64,000 bases of DNA from NCBI GenBank assembly GCA_951406725.2, contig OX597815.1:214954001-215018000 (forward strand), in the 5' to 3' direction. The notes beneath the pieces were generated by a model. It was not told the origin of the DNA. It saw nothing but the letters and a program-made list of their open reading frames with translations, and ran no database searches. Shown piece after piece: positions 1 through 12,868 of this stretch (position 1 is the stretch's first letter; every line of letters starts with the position of its first letter). The translations under genes and the position numbers were made by a program. The stretch is from Octopus vulgaris. Lineage: Eukaryota.

Positions 1-232
1 CCTAATAATACTGTTTTCTAGAGCTGTACTAAACCAGGTATTATGCCTATTTCCCCTATCCATCTGTTCAACTCTTTAGGGATAGTTCCTAATGTACCTA
101 TAATTACTGAGATACATTTTACCCACACTTTCTATAGTCTCTGTAATTCAATGGCTACTTTGCTATTTCTTTTCTATATCTCTCATTGACTTTTTTTCAT
201 CATTTGGGACTGTAAAGTCAATTATCTGGCAC
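1..232 (-). mobile_element. R4/Dong-type non-LTR retrotransposon remnant (restriction-like endonuclease C-terminus)
   Basis: Minus-strand translation gives CQIIDFTVPND...KCISVIIGTLGTIPKELNRWIGEIGIIPGLVQL*KTVLLG, matching the RLE C-terminal motif of R4/Dong-like LINEs; disrupted by stops and frameshifts. Confidence 0.75.
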
Positions 233-320
233 TTTCTATTCACTGATCATTATTATTATTCCTTCGTAACACAGTGTAGGTAAAAGTCTTTCGTCCTCTG
301 TCAAGTCACAACAAGGACCT

Positions 321-620
321 CAGACAGATAATACTTTCCTTAAGATGTGTGCTGTGCCCAATAAGGCTGCTTTTTGCAAGACATCAATCTTGCATGGGAT
401 GTCCTGCTGCCTTAAGAAGACTTGAAGTTTCAATGTGATTCAGCCCAATGCTCCAATCACCACTGCTATCACTTTTACATTACCCTCTCACATTCCATAC
501 AGTCTTGCCATTTCCACTTCCAATTCGGAGTTCTTGGTGATTTTTTTTCAACCTCGTTACTCGCAACATTCATGTCATTTGGTATGGCTACATCAATGAT
601 CTGACAGTATTTGCCTCTCT
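321..620 (-). mobile_element. Second R4/Dong-type RLE remnant reaching the ORF end
   Basis: Minus-strand translation CQIIDVAIPNDMNV...VKVIAVVIGALG...LQKAALLGTAHILRKVLSV*; flanked by (TTA)n on the plus strand. Confidence 0.8.
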
Positions 621-647
621 TATTCAATTATTATTATTGTTATCATC

Positions 648-1115
648 ATGAATGAGAGAGCAGTGCATGCCATCAAAGTGACACTGGGGTAAAATATACG
701 AAGCCCAGTATACCCATCATACCTGTCTGATGAGGGTACACTAGGCACATGCATCACAACCATCATGATCTCATATCAAGATAAACAGTGCATGACCTTG
801 CAGGTGGGTTAGAATTTTCATCAGATTGAGTAGCCCATCCCGCTCAAAAGGTCCCTGAATAAGGGTTGTTTAAGGATGTTGAATGAAACACCCATGTTTC
901 CAGAAGTGAATTATTCAAACCCCAAAGGATCCCTCTCGACACATTGCTATGATGTTCCCCCACTACTTCTGCTCATGATCAGAGATGCACATATCGTCAG
1001 CCACTAAGGGACATGCTCAACTGGTTAAGGTCAGACAACTGACAAGCAAATCTATAGTATTAAGCAGGATATTTGCTGTAGCCCATCTTTTGTACTAAGA
1101 CAAAACAATGTACAT
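648..1115. repeat. Unclassified interspersed repeat (recalled as a common Octopus repeat)
   Basis: GC-richer block between microsatellite tracts; recognised from memory only; no ORF. Confidence 0.45.
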
Positions 1116-1205
1116 AGAAACTGGGAAACCGGGCCCATGAGCCTGGCTAGGCTTTAAAAGGGCGCATTTATTATTATTTTATTATTATTATCATTATTAT
1201 TATTA

Positions 1206-1730
1206 AGGTGGTAAGCTGAACAAAATGCTTAGTAACATTTCATCCAGCTTTATGTCCTGAGTTCAAATTCTCATCTATTTTGAGTAGATGAAATAGGTAC
1301 CAGTTAAGCATTGGGGTCAATGTAATCAACTAGCCCCTCCCCCATATTTTAGACCTTGTACCTATAGTAGAAAGGATTATTATTATTAAGGTGTTGAACT
1401 GGCAGAATTGTTAGTATACTGGGCAAAATGTTTAGCGGTACTTCATCTGTCTTCATACTCTGAGTTCAAATTCCAAGATCAACTTTGCCTTTCATCTTGT
1501 TGGGGTCAATTAATTAAGTACCAGTGAAACACTGGAGTCGATGTATGCCAGGTGAAACGCTTAGTGGTATTTCACCCATCGCTATTTTCTGAGTTCAAAT
1601 TCTGCTGAGCTCATCTTTGCCTTTCGTCCTTTCGGGGTTGATTAAATAAATACCAGTTATGCACTGGTGTCGATGTAATTGACTTAATCCCTTCCCCCAA
1701 ATTTGAGGCCTTGTGCTTCCAGTAGAAAGG

Positions 1731-1765
<35 letters not shown>

Positions 1766-1976
1766 GGTGGCAAGCTGGCAGAAACGTTAGCATGCCTGGC
1801 AAAAGGCATTGCAGCGTTTTGTCTGTCTTTACATTCTGAGTTCAAATTCTATCAAGGTTGACTTTGCCTTTCATCCTTCCAGGGTCACTTAAATAAGTAC
1901 CAGTTGAACACTGGAGTCAATGCAATCAATTTTCCCCTCCCCCTAAAATGGCTACCCTTGTGGCAAAATTTGAAAC

Positions 1977-2012
<36 letters not shown>

Positions 2013-2220
2013 GGTGATGAGCCAGTCAAATCATTAGCACATTGGACAAAATACTCAGGTGCATTTCTTCTGGCTCTTTACATTCCAGGTTCAAATCTCA
2101 CCAAGGTCAACTTTAACATTCATATTTTTGGGATTGATGAAATAAAGTATCAGTCAAGTACTGGGTGTCAATGTAATCAACTTACCCCCTCCCCTCAAAA
2201 TTGCTAACCTTGTACTAAAA

Positions 2221-2225
<5 letters not shown>
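1206..2225 (+). mobile_element. Head-to-tail cluster of about 5-6 SINE copies (family C)
   Basis: Repeated unit aaggtggcaagctggcagaa...ctgagttcaaattc...ctttgcctttcatcc...ggggtcaa...agtaccagt; most units end in (ATT)n; B-box-like GAGTTCAAATTC. Confidence 0.85.
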
Positions 2226-2272
<47 letters not shown>

Positions 2273-2297
2273 CATTATTATCATCATCATCAATAGG

Positions 2298-2620
2298 GAA
2301 GATGCATAACTTTGTGATTAGGTATTTAGCTCACAATCGTAAGGTCATGAGTTCAATTCCCAGTAGTGCATTGTGACTTTGAGCCCTTGAGTAAGACACT
2401 ATTTCACATTGCTCCAGTCTACTCAGCTGGCAAAAATGAGTAGTACCTGTAATTTAAAGGGCCAGCCTTTTCACATTCTGTGTCACGGTGAATCTGCCTG
2501 AGAACTACATTGAGGGTATGTGTGTCTGTGGAGCGCTCAGCCACTTGCACATTAATTTCACAAGGCTGTTCCGTTGATCGGATCAACTAGAACACTCTTC
2601 ATAGTAACCAATGGAGTGTC
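2298..2620 (+). mobile_element. tRNA-derived SINE (family B), degenerate
   Basis: Shares head (gagttcaattcc) and core (agacactatttcacattgctccagtctactcagctggcaaaaatgagta) with the 14823 copy. Confidence 0.75.
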
Positions 2621-2798
2621 AGGCAATCATCAATAATCATTATTGTTGGATCATCTCTATTAGCTATAATTAATTAAAACTTGTGTAAACTGAGAAACTA
2701 ATTAATATTTTTCCATAACTACATTAGATGAGATTGGTTTATTCAGTTACATTTGGTATTCAAGATTATATTGTTTATCATATGTAGTATCAATCTTA

Positions 2799-4039
2799 TC
2801 TCTTATTATAAAAGGCAGATTTTATCTGCCTCCCTTTGTCACTTATAGAAATCTACAATATAGGATTTCTTCAATTACAATTTACCTAGCATTTTTAAGA
2901 GTAGAATGCATCGGGTCATGCCAGGTCCAGTTTTTAAAATTTAAACTCCAATTAAGCAAAATTTACAGAAAACTCACATTCAGGTGTGTATGTCAAATGC
3001 TTTTCTTAGTCTGGTTTACAGCACACGCAAACGCACACACACAGTGTGCAACGAATAAACTAAAACTAATTCACTGTGTGTGTGTTGACAGGTAGACAAT
3101 AGAATGCGATGGCGATGTAATATTTGTTTCTGTCTATCACGCTGATAGATACATGAGTAAAATGTATGGCAAGCTAAGAGATAAGAGTGAGTGAAAATGT
3201 TCTTGGAAGAGAGTAAATAGCGACAGAGTGATTTGAGGAAGACTAAACTGAAAGTATGAAACAGTGTTTATGTATAAACAGACGACACTTATATATAGTT
3301 ATGTATGCATCCGTTTAACCCTTTCGTTACCAAACCGCCCGAATTTACCTATTCATATTTAAATGAGAATATCAGAGTAAATCTCTTTAGTACATTCGTG
3401 AAAACACGTATTATACTTCGTAAACACTTCAAATACAGTTTTGTACAAAAATCGAAGTGTAATTTTAATTCCGTGAATTATGGGAGATTTTTTTCCGAAA
3501 TTTGTTCCTATTGTGTTTTCAAAATTTGTAATTCTGACAAAAAATGGATACGAATTTCATTATATCAAGCAGCGAGTCAGAATTCGAAGGATTTTCTACT
3601 GAAGACCTTCATAAATCTAACTCTATGACTGAAAAAAAAAAGCATCTTTATATAAGAGTGAAGTTGTGTGTCTGTCTACTACGATTTAGATTCGTAACTA
3701 CTCCCACATTTTGCGGTGCAGTTTAACCAAAAGCGGGTATCTTATAGTCGTGATTCATATCGAGCCCTTCTGGGTATTAGCGCGCATCTATGATGAGTCT
3801 ACGATTTAAAAAAATTTACCATCATATTTTTCCATTTTAATGCATTTTTTTCGCTTTTATATAAGGGAAGTAACTCTCTAAAAATATCTACGATGTGTCA
3901 ACGATTTAAAAAAAAAATTTACCTTAATTTCTTTTCAATTTTTAATGCATTTTTTGGCTATTTTTTGGCTATAACTCTCTAAAAATGCTTATATAATTAT
4001 TTCCCTTACAACCCGAGCAATGCCGGGCGATACTGCTAG
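2799..4039 (+). mobile_element. Non-autonomous, probably composite Helitron (5' TC starts at 2799 and 3645; 3' hairpin and CTAG at 4036-4039)
   Basis: A|TCTCTTATTATAAAA at 2799 and A|TCTTTATATAAGAG at 3645; subterminal hairpin CCCG-agcaatgc-CGGG (4012-4027) then CTAG|T; internal direct repeat at about 3790-3985. Confidence 0.75.
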
Positions 4040-4069
4040 TATTTCATATTAGTAATAATTTTGTCTACA

Positions 4070-4408
4070 AGGCACATGGTTCAGTGGTTATAGCGTCAAG
4101 CTTATGATCGTGAGGTTGTGAGTTCAATTCCCAGACCGGGCTGTGTGTTGTGTTTTTGAGCAAGACACTTTATTTCACGTTGCTCCAGTTCACTCAGCTG
4201 TAGAAATGAGCTGTGACATCACAGGTGCCAAGCTGTATCGACCTTTGTCTTTCCCTTGGACAACATTGGTGGCGTGGGGAGGGGAGGCTGGTATGCATGG
4301 GTGACTGCTGGTCTTCCATAAACAACCTTGCCCGGACTTGTGCCTGGGAGGGGAACTTTCTAGGTGCAATCCCATGTTCATTCATGACCAAAGGGGGTCT
4401 CAACAACA
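4070..4408 (+). mobile_element. tRNA-derived SINE (family B, variant tail)
   Basis: A-box-like tggttcagtgg, B-box gagttcaattcc, shared core ttgagcaagacactttatttcacgttgctccag. Confidence 0.8.
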
Positions 4409-4610
4409 ATAGGGTTGTAGGAAAATTCTGATCCAAAACATTGTACAGTATATAACTGAATTTACTATCAGAAAAACTTGAAAGGTTAATAAATCTTGAA
4501 TTAGTCATAAATATTAGAGTTAAAGTAAGAGGTTTAAGGCTGATCACTCTTACCTATACAGCAAACGTTTTAAAAAGAATAGTGACAAAACATACTTCCA
4601 TTTCATTTAA

Positions 4611-4832
4611 CCCTTTTGATGCCAACCTGCTCGAAACCACCTCTGGCTCTGTAGTGCAAATGTTTTGTTTTCAAAAGTTCTGTGTTAAAATCTTCCACCA
4701 AACTTTCGTCGCAATTTACATTCCTTACACTAGCTTAATGATAACTAAATTATTTTACTAAATTATTTGTTATATTTAAAATTAATTGAAAGAAATACAG
4801 AGCATCTCAACAGAAATATGGTAACAAAAGGG
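4611..4832. mobile_element. piggyBac-type MITE (TTAA TSD), family 1
   Basis: TTAA|CCCTTTTGATGCC ... GGTAACAAAAGGG|TTAA; near-identical copies at 48850-49105 and 62980-63190. Confidence 0.85.
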
Positions 4833-5357
4833 TTAAAGTAACTTTTTTGTAAGATTAACAGAAGGTGTGGGCATTGCTATGTGGTTAAGACAGAGTGCTT
4901 CATAATCATATGGTTCTAGGTTTGATTCCACTGCATAGCACCTTTAGCAAATGTGCTCTACTATAGACTAATAGTTTTTTAGTAACATTTAGTAAATAGA
5001 AACTGAAAATCCATTGTGTGTGTGTATATGTGGTTACACTGATCTAAAGACCAGTGTTGTTGTTTGTGTTTTGTCCCATTATATCCTATAACTTAGCAAT
5101 GCAACAAATAGAGATGGATAAAATAAATGATACTGAAATAAATACTGGAGGACAATATGATCAATTAAAAAGCAGCCCTTAAAAATAGTGCCTCAACATG
5201 GCCTCAGGCCATTGACTAAAGCCAGTAAAAATCAAATAATTAAATATAAAAAATAAAAAAAGAATTATTAACTGCTAACTTTGATAATCTAATTTCAAAT
5301 GTTTATTTGGTAGTTTCATATTAGAAATATAATTCTTTGAAATAATAAAAAGTTTAA

Positions 5358-5548
5358 CCTTTTAGCATTCAGTTTACTCTATTTTCGGTTAATCATGCAT
5401 TATCCCGTAGCTTTAAGATTTCAATGATGTAACTGTATATTTTTAGATTCACATTGTAGGGTAAGTGTGAGGGGCTAGACCTGGTCAGTTTGAACATAAA
5501 ACAGGTAGAATATTCAGGCTTCGTGTGGCCAGTTTGAATGCTAAAAAG
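5358..5548. mobile_element. piggyBac-type MITE (TTAA TSD), family 2
   Basis: TTAA|CCTTTTAGCATTCA ... TGAATGCTAAAAAG|TTAA; related copies at about 22428-22646 and 54135-54270. Confidence 0.8.
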
Positions 5549-5980
5549 TTAATACTTTTGTTACAGTTTTTTTTTATGAAAATACTAAAGAAGATAGTAA
5601 ATTTTCTTTGTCATTATGTAAATATAGCTTTCATTTTCTTTCATATCATTGTTTCTCTACAGTCTTCATTCATATAGATCAATAGGTAGATAGATAGACA
5701 GACAGACAGATGTGTATATATATGTATGTATGTATGTTCAATGTTAACTACTGGCTCCATTACTGCTCTGTGTGCATACTTGTTCAGGTGACAATATTAT
5801 GCAGTCTTTGTTGCCTGAATGAATGCACTCAAGCAAGAAACAAAAAAATAGCCATAGACTGCATCAACATTGCCTTCAAGCACAAAGTTTAATACATAAA
5901 ATGTATTCAAAATGCATAAAATGTGTTCCTATTCTTTTCACCTATTATATCTATATCTATCTATCTATCTACCTGTCTGT

Positions 5981-6024
<44 letters not shown>

Positions 6025-6384
6025 CTTATTCATTCTCATCATTCTTTAAATTACTCAAGAATTCTTTTCTTCCAATTTTTATTATTACAAGACCCAGAAT
6101 GCAATTTGCATGCTCTCAATCATAAAGAAACAGCCTAGTCTAACTAACAATGCTTGATTACTAAAATGAATTACTGACATTAGAACTTACATTTTGTTTG
6201 ATTGGATGAATTGACTCCCTAAGTGCTGACTTGTCAGGCCAAATGCTATTCTTGTTTTGTTTTACATGCATGCATACATACATGCATGTGTTTTTTTGCA
6301 TATGCTTGGATGAAATTTTAACTTCACCAAAATATAATAGCATATACCTGAAGAATCTTGGGAAAAAAATCATTCAAACTTTTA

Positions 6385-6386
<2 letters not shown>

Positions 6387-6478
<92 letters not shown>
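6387..6478. repeat. (TTA)n microsatellite, about 30 units
   Basis: Directly visible perfect repeat. Confidence 0.98.
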
Positions 6479-8597
6479 TGCAGCAGCAAAACTGGGTGTT
6501 GGGATTTGTTTGGGTGATATTCCCAGTAATTAATAAAATGATAATTTTTTTGGATGATTAACTGCATCTTTAGTAATGAAGAATTCTTTTTTTATACTTT
6601 TTGCATCTACTCTATGATTCTCTCTTTTTGATTTTCAGTCCTTATCATCAGGTGTCTTAATTCTTAAATGGATAGCTAGTTTAGCAACTGTATGCATATT
6701 CTTTTACTTATTTCAATCATTGACTCATGACCGTGCTCTCCCCACCCCACAGCTGAAAGAGTTTTAGGCAGTCATATCCAACCTAGTTTTTATTTTTAAG
6801 TTCTGTACTTAACTTTGAGATCTGTGTTTGTTGCACCACTTAGTTGTGGGATATTGACACATGATACTGTTTTTTCAGACAGTCTCTTTGTAGTCTGAAT
6901 AAATGCACTCAAGCAAGAAACTTGAAATATCAGTTGAGTGCATCATCATCTTCAAACACATAAAATCTGCTACATGAATCATGTACTTTTCCTCTCATCA
7001 CCTGCCCCAAACATTGTATATATAAAACTTGTATATATAAAACTTTTTGCTTTACAAGCTGCAGGGCAACCTCATTAGTGCTGGTGGCATGAAAGAAAGT
7101 ACCCAGTACATGTTATGAAGTTGTTAGCATTAGGAAGGGTATCCAGCCATAGAAACCACGCCAAAACAGATATAGTAGCTTGATGCGGTTCTTAGGCTCA
7201 TCAGATTCAATCTATGCCAGCATGAAACAGGGATGTCAAACGATGATGATGATGATGATGTCAACGTAAAGACAAATACAGAGACAGGCACACACAAACA
7301 CACACTCACACATGAGTGTGCGTGTGTTTTTATGTGCTTGTCTTTCCCCCCAGTTTCCATCTCCCAGTTTCACTCACATGGCATCAATTAGCCTGGTGCT
7401 ATAGGAAAAGTCATCCACAATGAGACCAGTTCAAGCATAGTTGTTTTAACCAAGCAATGCCTGAAATTAGGTTAATAAATTCTCAATAAGTTTGGTAGAA
7501 GGCCCACAATTTTGTGGGGAGAGGTGAATCAGCTACATCAAGTCCAGTACTTGATTTGTACTTATTTTATTGACCTCAAGAGGATGAAAGGCGAAATTAA
7601 CCTCGATAGAATTTGTACTGAGAAGTTAAAGAGCCAGGAAAAACACTGCTAAGCATTTTCTCAGACCTGCTAATGATTCTACTGGGTCACTGTCTTCTCT
7701 TAGAATAAATAAATGGAATATGTAAAGGTCACTAGTTTGAATCCAGCCTGAAACTATATGCCCATCCCAAGAATAAGATAACTTATGCTGATTGCAGGTC
7801 AAACTTACCAAAATATAATGTAGATGTAAATATTGTTAAAAAATGTTTTATCTTTAAAAATGAGATTAATAGATAGTCAAATAATAAAATTCATATTAAC
7901 AACCCATTTGAGACATATAGACATTTACATTCTATTAAATTCACCAAAGTCTTTTTTAGCTGGTTTTTAAATCATCTAAGGTAAAACAGAAATTTTCTAG
8001 TTGTTAACTAGGGCATCTCTAGGCAGCTGGTTAATCTGCTAGAAATAGCAACCAAATTTCCCTCAAATTAAGTTATACCATACCCTCTTATAAAAAAAAA
8101 AAAAATGGCAGATTTGATAACGTAGTCCTAGAAATATTATACCCGAAATTAAGATGGGATGGTCATGGAAAGGATGCTTTTAATCATAGATTTGTTCAGT
8201 TAGAGCTGACCCGGGTCTAAACAGCACCTGGAGCTTTTCCATTTCTGCTTTTTTAACTTTTTTTTAGAGTACAAAAAGCAGTATCAACCACCTCAGTTGC
8301 TCAAATAAAATATTTAACCAAATAAAAATAATCTGATCAAATCTTAATTTAGCTTAACTTGTATCGTTTGCTATGTCCAAAGGGCTGTGGTTGTTGAGTT
8401 GACTGAAATAGTAGTACAGTGCACATCCTTCTGCATTCAAGTCCTTGTGAATGAGAATAGGAATGCTATGATAACTATTAGTAGTAATGGTGGAACTGTA
8501 GCTCCTACTCCTTAAAAATCTTGCTCTTGGCGCCAAAATAAAGATCAATAATTAATAAGATAGTATCCTAAATATACATACATATATATATATATAT

Positions 8598-8827
8598 TGA
8601 TAAAAATGGTAAGACACCAAAAGAATGAAAGAGACCTCGATATTATGCAAATAGAGGAATTTGTTTATAAATGTAATATGTGACAATTATTCAATAGCCA
8701 AGATAAAACTCCGAGTTTCAGATGCCAAGGATGGCCGGATAACTGAAGAGATGGCGGCATGGATTTCCACCTCGGCATCCGAAACTCAGAGTTTTATCAT
8801 GGCTACCAAATAATTGTCACATATTAC

Positions 8828-8834
<7 letters not shown>
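8598..8834. mobile_element. Fold-back element (Penelope-like terminus) in a (TA)n tract
   Basis: Inverted arms 8666-8730 and 8770-8834 plus an unpaired tail at about 8598-8665; (TA)n on both sides; contains a hammerhead motif. Confidence 0.75.
8738..8798 (+). ncRNA. Type I hammerhead ribozyme motif
   Basis: GAUAA-CUGAAGA(8743-8749)-stem II GAUG..CAUC-GAAA(8781-8784)-CUC.A.GAG-UU-UUAUC; stem I GAUAA/UUAUC pairs perfectly; predicted cleavage after U8793 (GUU). Confidence 0.75.
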
Positions 8835-8882
<48 letters not shown>

Positions 8883-9258
8883 AGAAATTAATATGTTCAG
8901 TGCACGACAATTTTTCTGTTCAGGTTTCAGCTGTTATTGATGATCATATTATGTATGTATGCACACACACACACGTGTGTGTGTGTATATGTGAAGTACA
9001 TGACTTAGTGGTTAGGGTACTGCACTCATGATCATAAGATTGTGGTTTCAGTTCCTGGATTGGACAATGTGGTGTGTTCTTGAACAACAACACTTAATTT
9101 CTTATTGCTCCTGTGCTAGAAATGAGTATTCCTGCAACAGGACAGTGTCCTGTCCAGGTAGGCAATACATACACCACAGAATCTGAGAAACCAGCCTTAT
9201 AAGTATATGGCCCTAGAAGGATCTTTTATCCTTTTGTCATATGATATATATATATATA

Positions 9259-9713
9259 TTATATTAAATTAGAGATAAAACCACTATTAGGCAAATCAAA
9301 CAATGAAAAACTTAAGCCAATACATAAAATTAATTAATTTATATTATTTTAAATATATATCAAAATTATTAAAAGTTTAATAAAAGATAATGGGTAAAAC
9401 ACTAAACCTCGCTAAGATAAATATTTCAATCACCTGAAGATTGACTGTAACCATAACTCGAATTAATACGAATTGGACAGCCATGAAACGATCGTAGTGT
9501 TTTACTCATTATCTTTTATTAAACTTTTAATAATTTTGATATATATTTAAAATAATATAAATTAATTAATTTTATGTATTGGCTTAAGTTTTTCATTGTT
9601 TGATTTGCCTAATAGTGGTTTTATCTCTAATTTAATATAATATAATATTTTACTATAAAATTGAATTCAATCCTAAATCTGATTTTTCCCTGTAAGTTTG
9701 GATTTATTCCCTA

Positions 9714-9720
<7 letters not shown>
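9259..9720 (+). mobile_element. Fold-back element (Penelope-like terminus) with hammerhead in the loop
   Basis: Near-perfect 146-bp arms at 9259-9404 and 9495-9640, about 80-nt 3' tail, (TA)n on both sides; same family at 59901-60603. Confidence 0.85.
9431..9499 (+). ncRNA. Minimal type I hammerhead ribozyme motif
   Basis: CAC-CUGAAGA(9434-9440)-UUGACUGU..ACAGCCAU-GAAA(9485-9488)-CGAUCG-UA-GUG; palindromic stem III ACGAUCGU; predicted cleavage after A9496 (GUA). Confidence 0.75.
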
Positions 9721-9767
<47 letters not shown>

Positions 9768-9837
9768 CACACACATGTATGTATATTTGTGTATGTATGT
9801 GTGTGTGTGTGTATACACACGCATATATATATATATA

Positions 9838-10175
9838 TATTTGAAAGAGGAAAAGAATGACTTCACTGATAGTTCTATCGATTTAATTTTTTAATAATAT
9901 AATTCTACAGTTTGGTTTGTAGATCTGCTAAGTTCTTAGTTAACTTTGGTGGGGAGATTTTTTAAAGATTCTTCGATAACTTTTCTGGAAAACTTTTTGC
10001 ATTCATTGGTGGTGATTGTTGATCCAACGGAAGTTAACAAAGAACTAAGCAGATCTACAAACCAAACTGTAAAATTATATTATTAAAAAATTAAATTGAT
10101 AGAACTACTAGTGAAGCCATTCTTTTCCTCTTTCAAATATACGTAACTGTACCAAGGATCTCACACATTTTCCAA
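9838..10175. repeat. Fold-back element, about 105-bp arms plus short 3' tail
   Basis: Arms at about 9838-9946 and 10031-10140; tail acgtaactgtaccaaggatctcacacattttcca; (TA)n flanks; no hammerhead core seen. Confidence 0.8.
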
Positions 10176-10213
10176 TATATATATATATATCATCATCGTC
10201 ATATATATATATA

Positions 10214-10372
10214 GGTGTAGGAGTGGCTGTGTGGTAAGTAGCTTGCTTACCAACCACATGGTTCCGGTTCAGTCCCACTGCATGGCACCTTGAGCAGGTG
10301 TCTTCTACTATAGCCTCGGGTTGACCAAAGCCTTGTGAGTGGATTTGGTAGACGGAAACTGAAAGAAGCCCG

Positions 10373-10460
<88 letters not shown>

Positions 10461-10718
10461 CCAACCGTCCAACCCATGCTAGCATGGAGAACGGACGTTA
10501 AACGACGATGATGATGTGTGTGTTTGTCCCCCCAACATCTGTTGACAACCAGTGCTGGTGTGTTTACAACCCCATAACTTAGTGGTTCAGCAAAAGAGAC
10601 CAATAGAATATGTACTATGTTTCCAAAGAATAAGTCCTGGGGTTGATTTGCTCGACTAAAGGCAGTGCTCCAGCATGGCCACAGTCAAATGACTGAAACA
10701 AATAAAAGAGTAAAAGAG
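10214..10718 (+). mobile_element. tRNA-derived SINE (family A) with internal (AT)n and an inserted RTE 3' tip
   Basis: Head ggtgtaggagtggctgtgtggtaag...ggttcagtccc (A/B boxes); tail gactgaaacaaataaaagagtaaaagag; RTE 3'-end fragment with (GAT)n at about 10458-10514. Confidence 0.9.
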
Positions 10719-10730
10719 TATATATATATA

Positions 10731-10768
<38 letters not shown>

Positions 10769-11139
10769 CGATGGACATCTTTCAGTTCCCATCTACTAAA
10801 TCCACTCATAAGGCTTTAGGTCAGTCTGGAGTTATAGTAGAAGTTACCCAATATACCACACAGTGGAATTGAACACAAGATCGTGTGGTTCAGAAGCAAA
10901 CTTCTTACAGTCATGACTGCACCTACATATATATATATATATACATATACATATCCTGCCCATACCCAGCTAACAAATATAAGAACTACATACAGGATCA
11001 TAGATCATACATGGTTTCAATGAATTCCAGCTATTTTTCTTTTCTTTGGCCTTATAATTACATAACCTTATTTTATTATCTAGTTATGCTAATTCAGCAG
11101 TACAATAAAATATATACATTACATGACTATATGTAGATT

Positions 11140-11183
<44 letters not shown>

Positions 11184-11759
11184 TATGTACATACACATGG
11201 GTTTTTTTAATGTGTGTGTGTGTGATATATATATATATATGTATGTGTATGCATATGTATAATATTTGTATATAATTTAGAGAAAAACCTCTATTAAACA
11301 ATTCAATAAAGAAAGATGTTATTCACACCATATAGAAAACACTATATAAAACCTTATTCTAAAAATCCTAACACTCACATATGCACACATACACACACAC
11401 ATATTACCTATGTATATATATTTCTACAAATGTGCATATTCTCATACAGGGATATGCATCTACATGCATTTATGGACATTTACACCTCTACATACATTTG
11501 TCTTTTCTTTTAATTTAACTACACTGCAGTTGAACTTCCAGAGGTCATAAGCTTATTATTTTGTAAATATTATATGAAAAAGTAAAACTACTTTTGAAAT
11601 AACCCTTTTTGGAATTTTGGGTGTTAAATATCTTCTTTTTAGCGTTATCCTTTTTCTGGGCACTGCACTAAGGCACTGTGCTTCTTTCCTGCTGATGCAT
11701 GCTAAATTTGCTTCATAAAACCATCAGAGCTCTTCTGTTCAATGTTGTACTTATAAATA

Positions 11760-11887
<128 letters not shown>

Positions 11888-12653
11888 CATATATACATAT
11901 ATACATATATATATACACACACTCAAACACATGTATATATAATATATATATATATATCACAATTTTGTTATCTCTGTGCACATTTTGTTTCTGATAAATT
12001 GACACTTCATGTTTTTGTTGTTTCATTGTCTCTGTGTCTGTTTGTCTCATGCTAAAAAAAAAAAAATAATGTTTATTTATAATGATGTCTTTAAAAAAAA
12101 AAGATTGAAATAAATTGAAAAAAATATTAAACTTTTAATTTTTTTCATGTGTGACTCTTAATTTTTGCTTGGAAAGAAACGATACAATCAACAAAATTAA
12201 AACTATATTTGCTTTATATAAGGAATATATATATGTATGTATGTATGTATATATATCTATATATATATATGCCTGTATAGACTATATTATATTATATGAT
12301 ATTTTGCTTTTCTCTTGGTCTTCAATATCTTACCATCTTATCATATCTAATGGGTGTATTGTTTTGCAGGATTCTTCATTAGTATCCTGAAACATTCAAT
12401 ATTTCATTTATACCAAAATGTTATTCTGTATTCTATATCTCTGGGATTTATACATTTTTCTTTATCTATTTCTGTAATGAGACTTCAATTTATCTTGCTT
12501 TCCATCATTTTTTTAAAAACTTTTTCTCTTCATTTATATTACTATGCATTACCATACATCATATATAAGATTTCTAATTCTATAAACCTAATCCATTTCT
12601 GAATCATATGATTCTATAAATCTGGTGTGTATCTCCAGTTGCAATAGCATTAA

Positions 12654-12868
12654 CCCATTCTACACGAACCTTCTTGGCACCATCACTCATAAAACGTTGA
12701 AATTTCAATTCAAGTATGGACCTGAAATATCATAATTAGATGGAAAATGATGAGATTTCAGTGGGTAATAAATTGCTTCTTATTAAATCTCTTATACTTC
12801 TTGATTAATTTTGAAAATTAAAACACAGGAGCAGAATATATTCCTATTTGAAATAGGTTACAAAAGGG
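12654..12868. mobile_element. Degenerate TTAA-type MITE
   Basis: ttaa-cccattctacac ... ggttacaaaaggg-ttga termini resemble the family-1 MITE. Confidence 0.55.

Noticed and set aside
727-733. CTGATGA as a hammerhead core
   Set aside because: No downstream stem II-GAAA-UH arrangement
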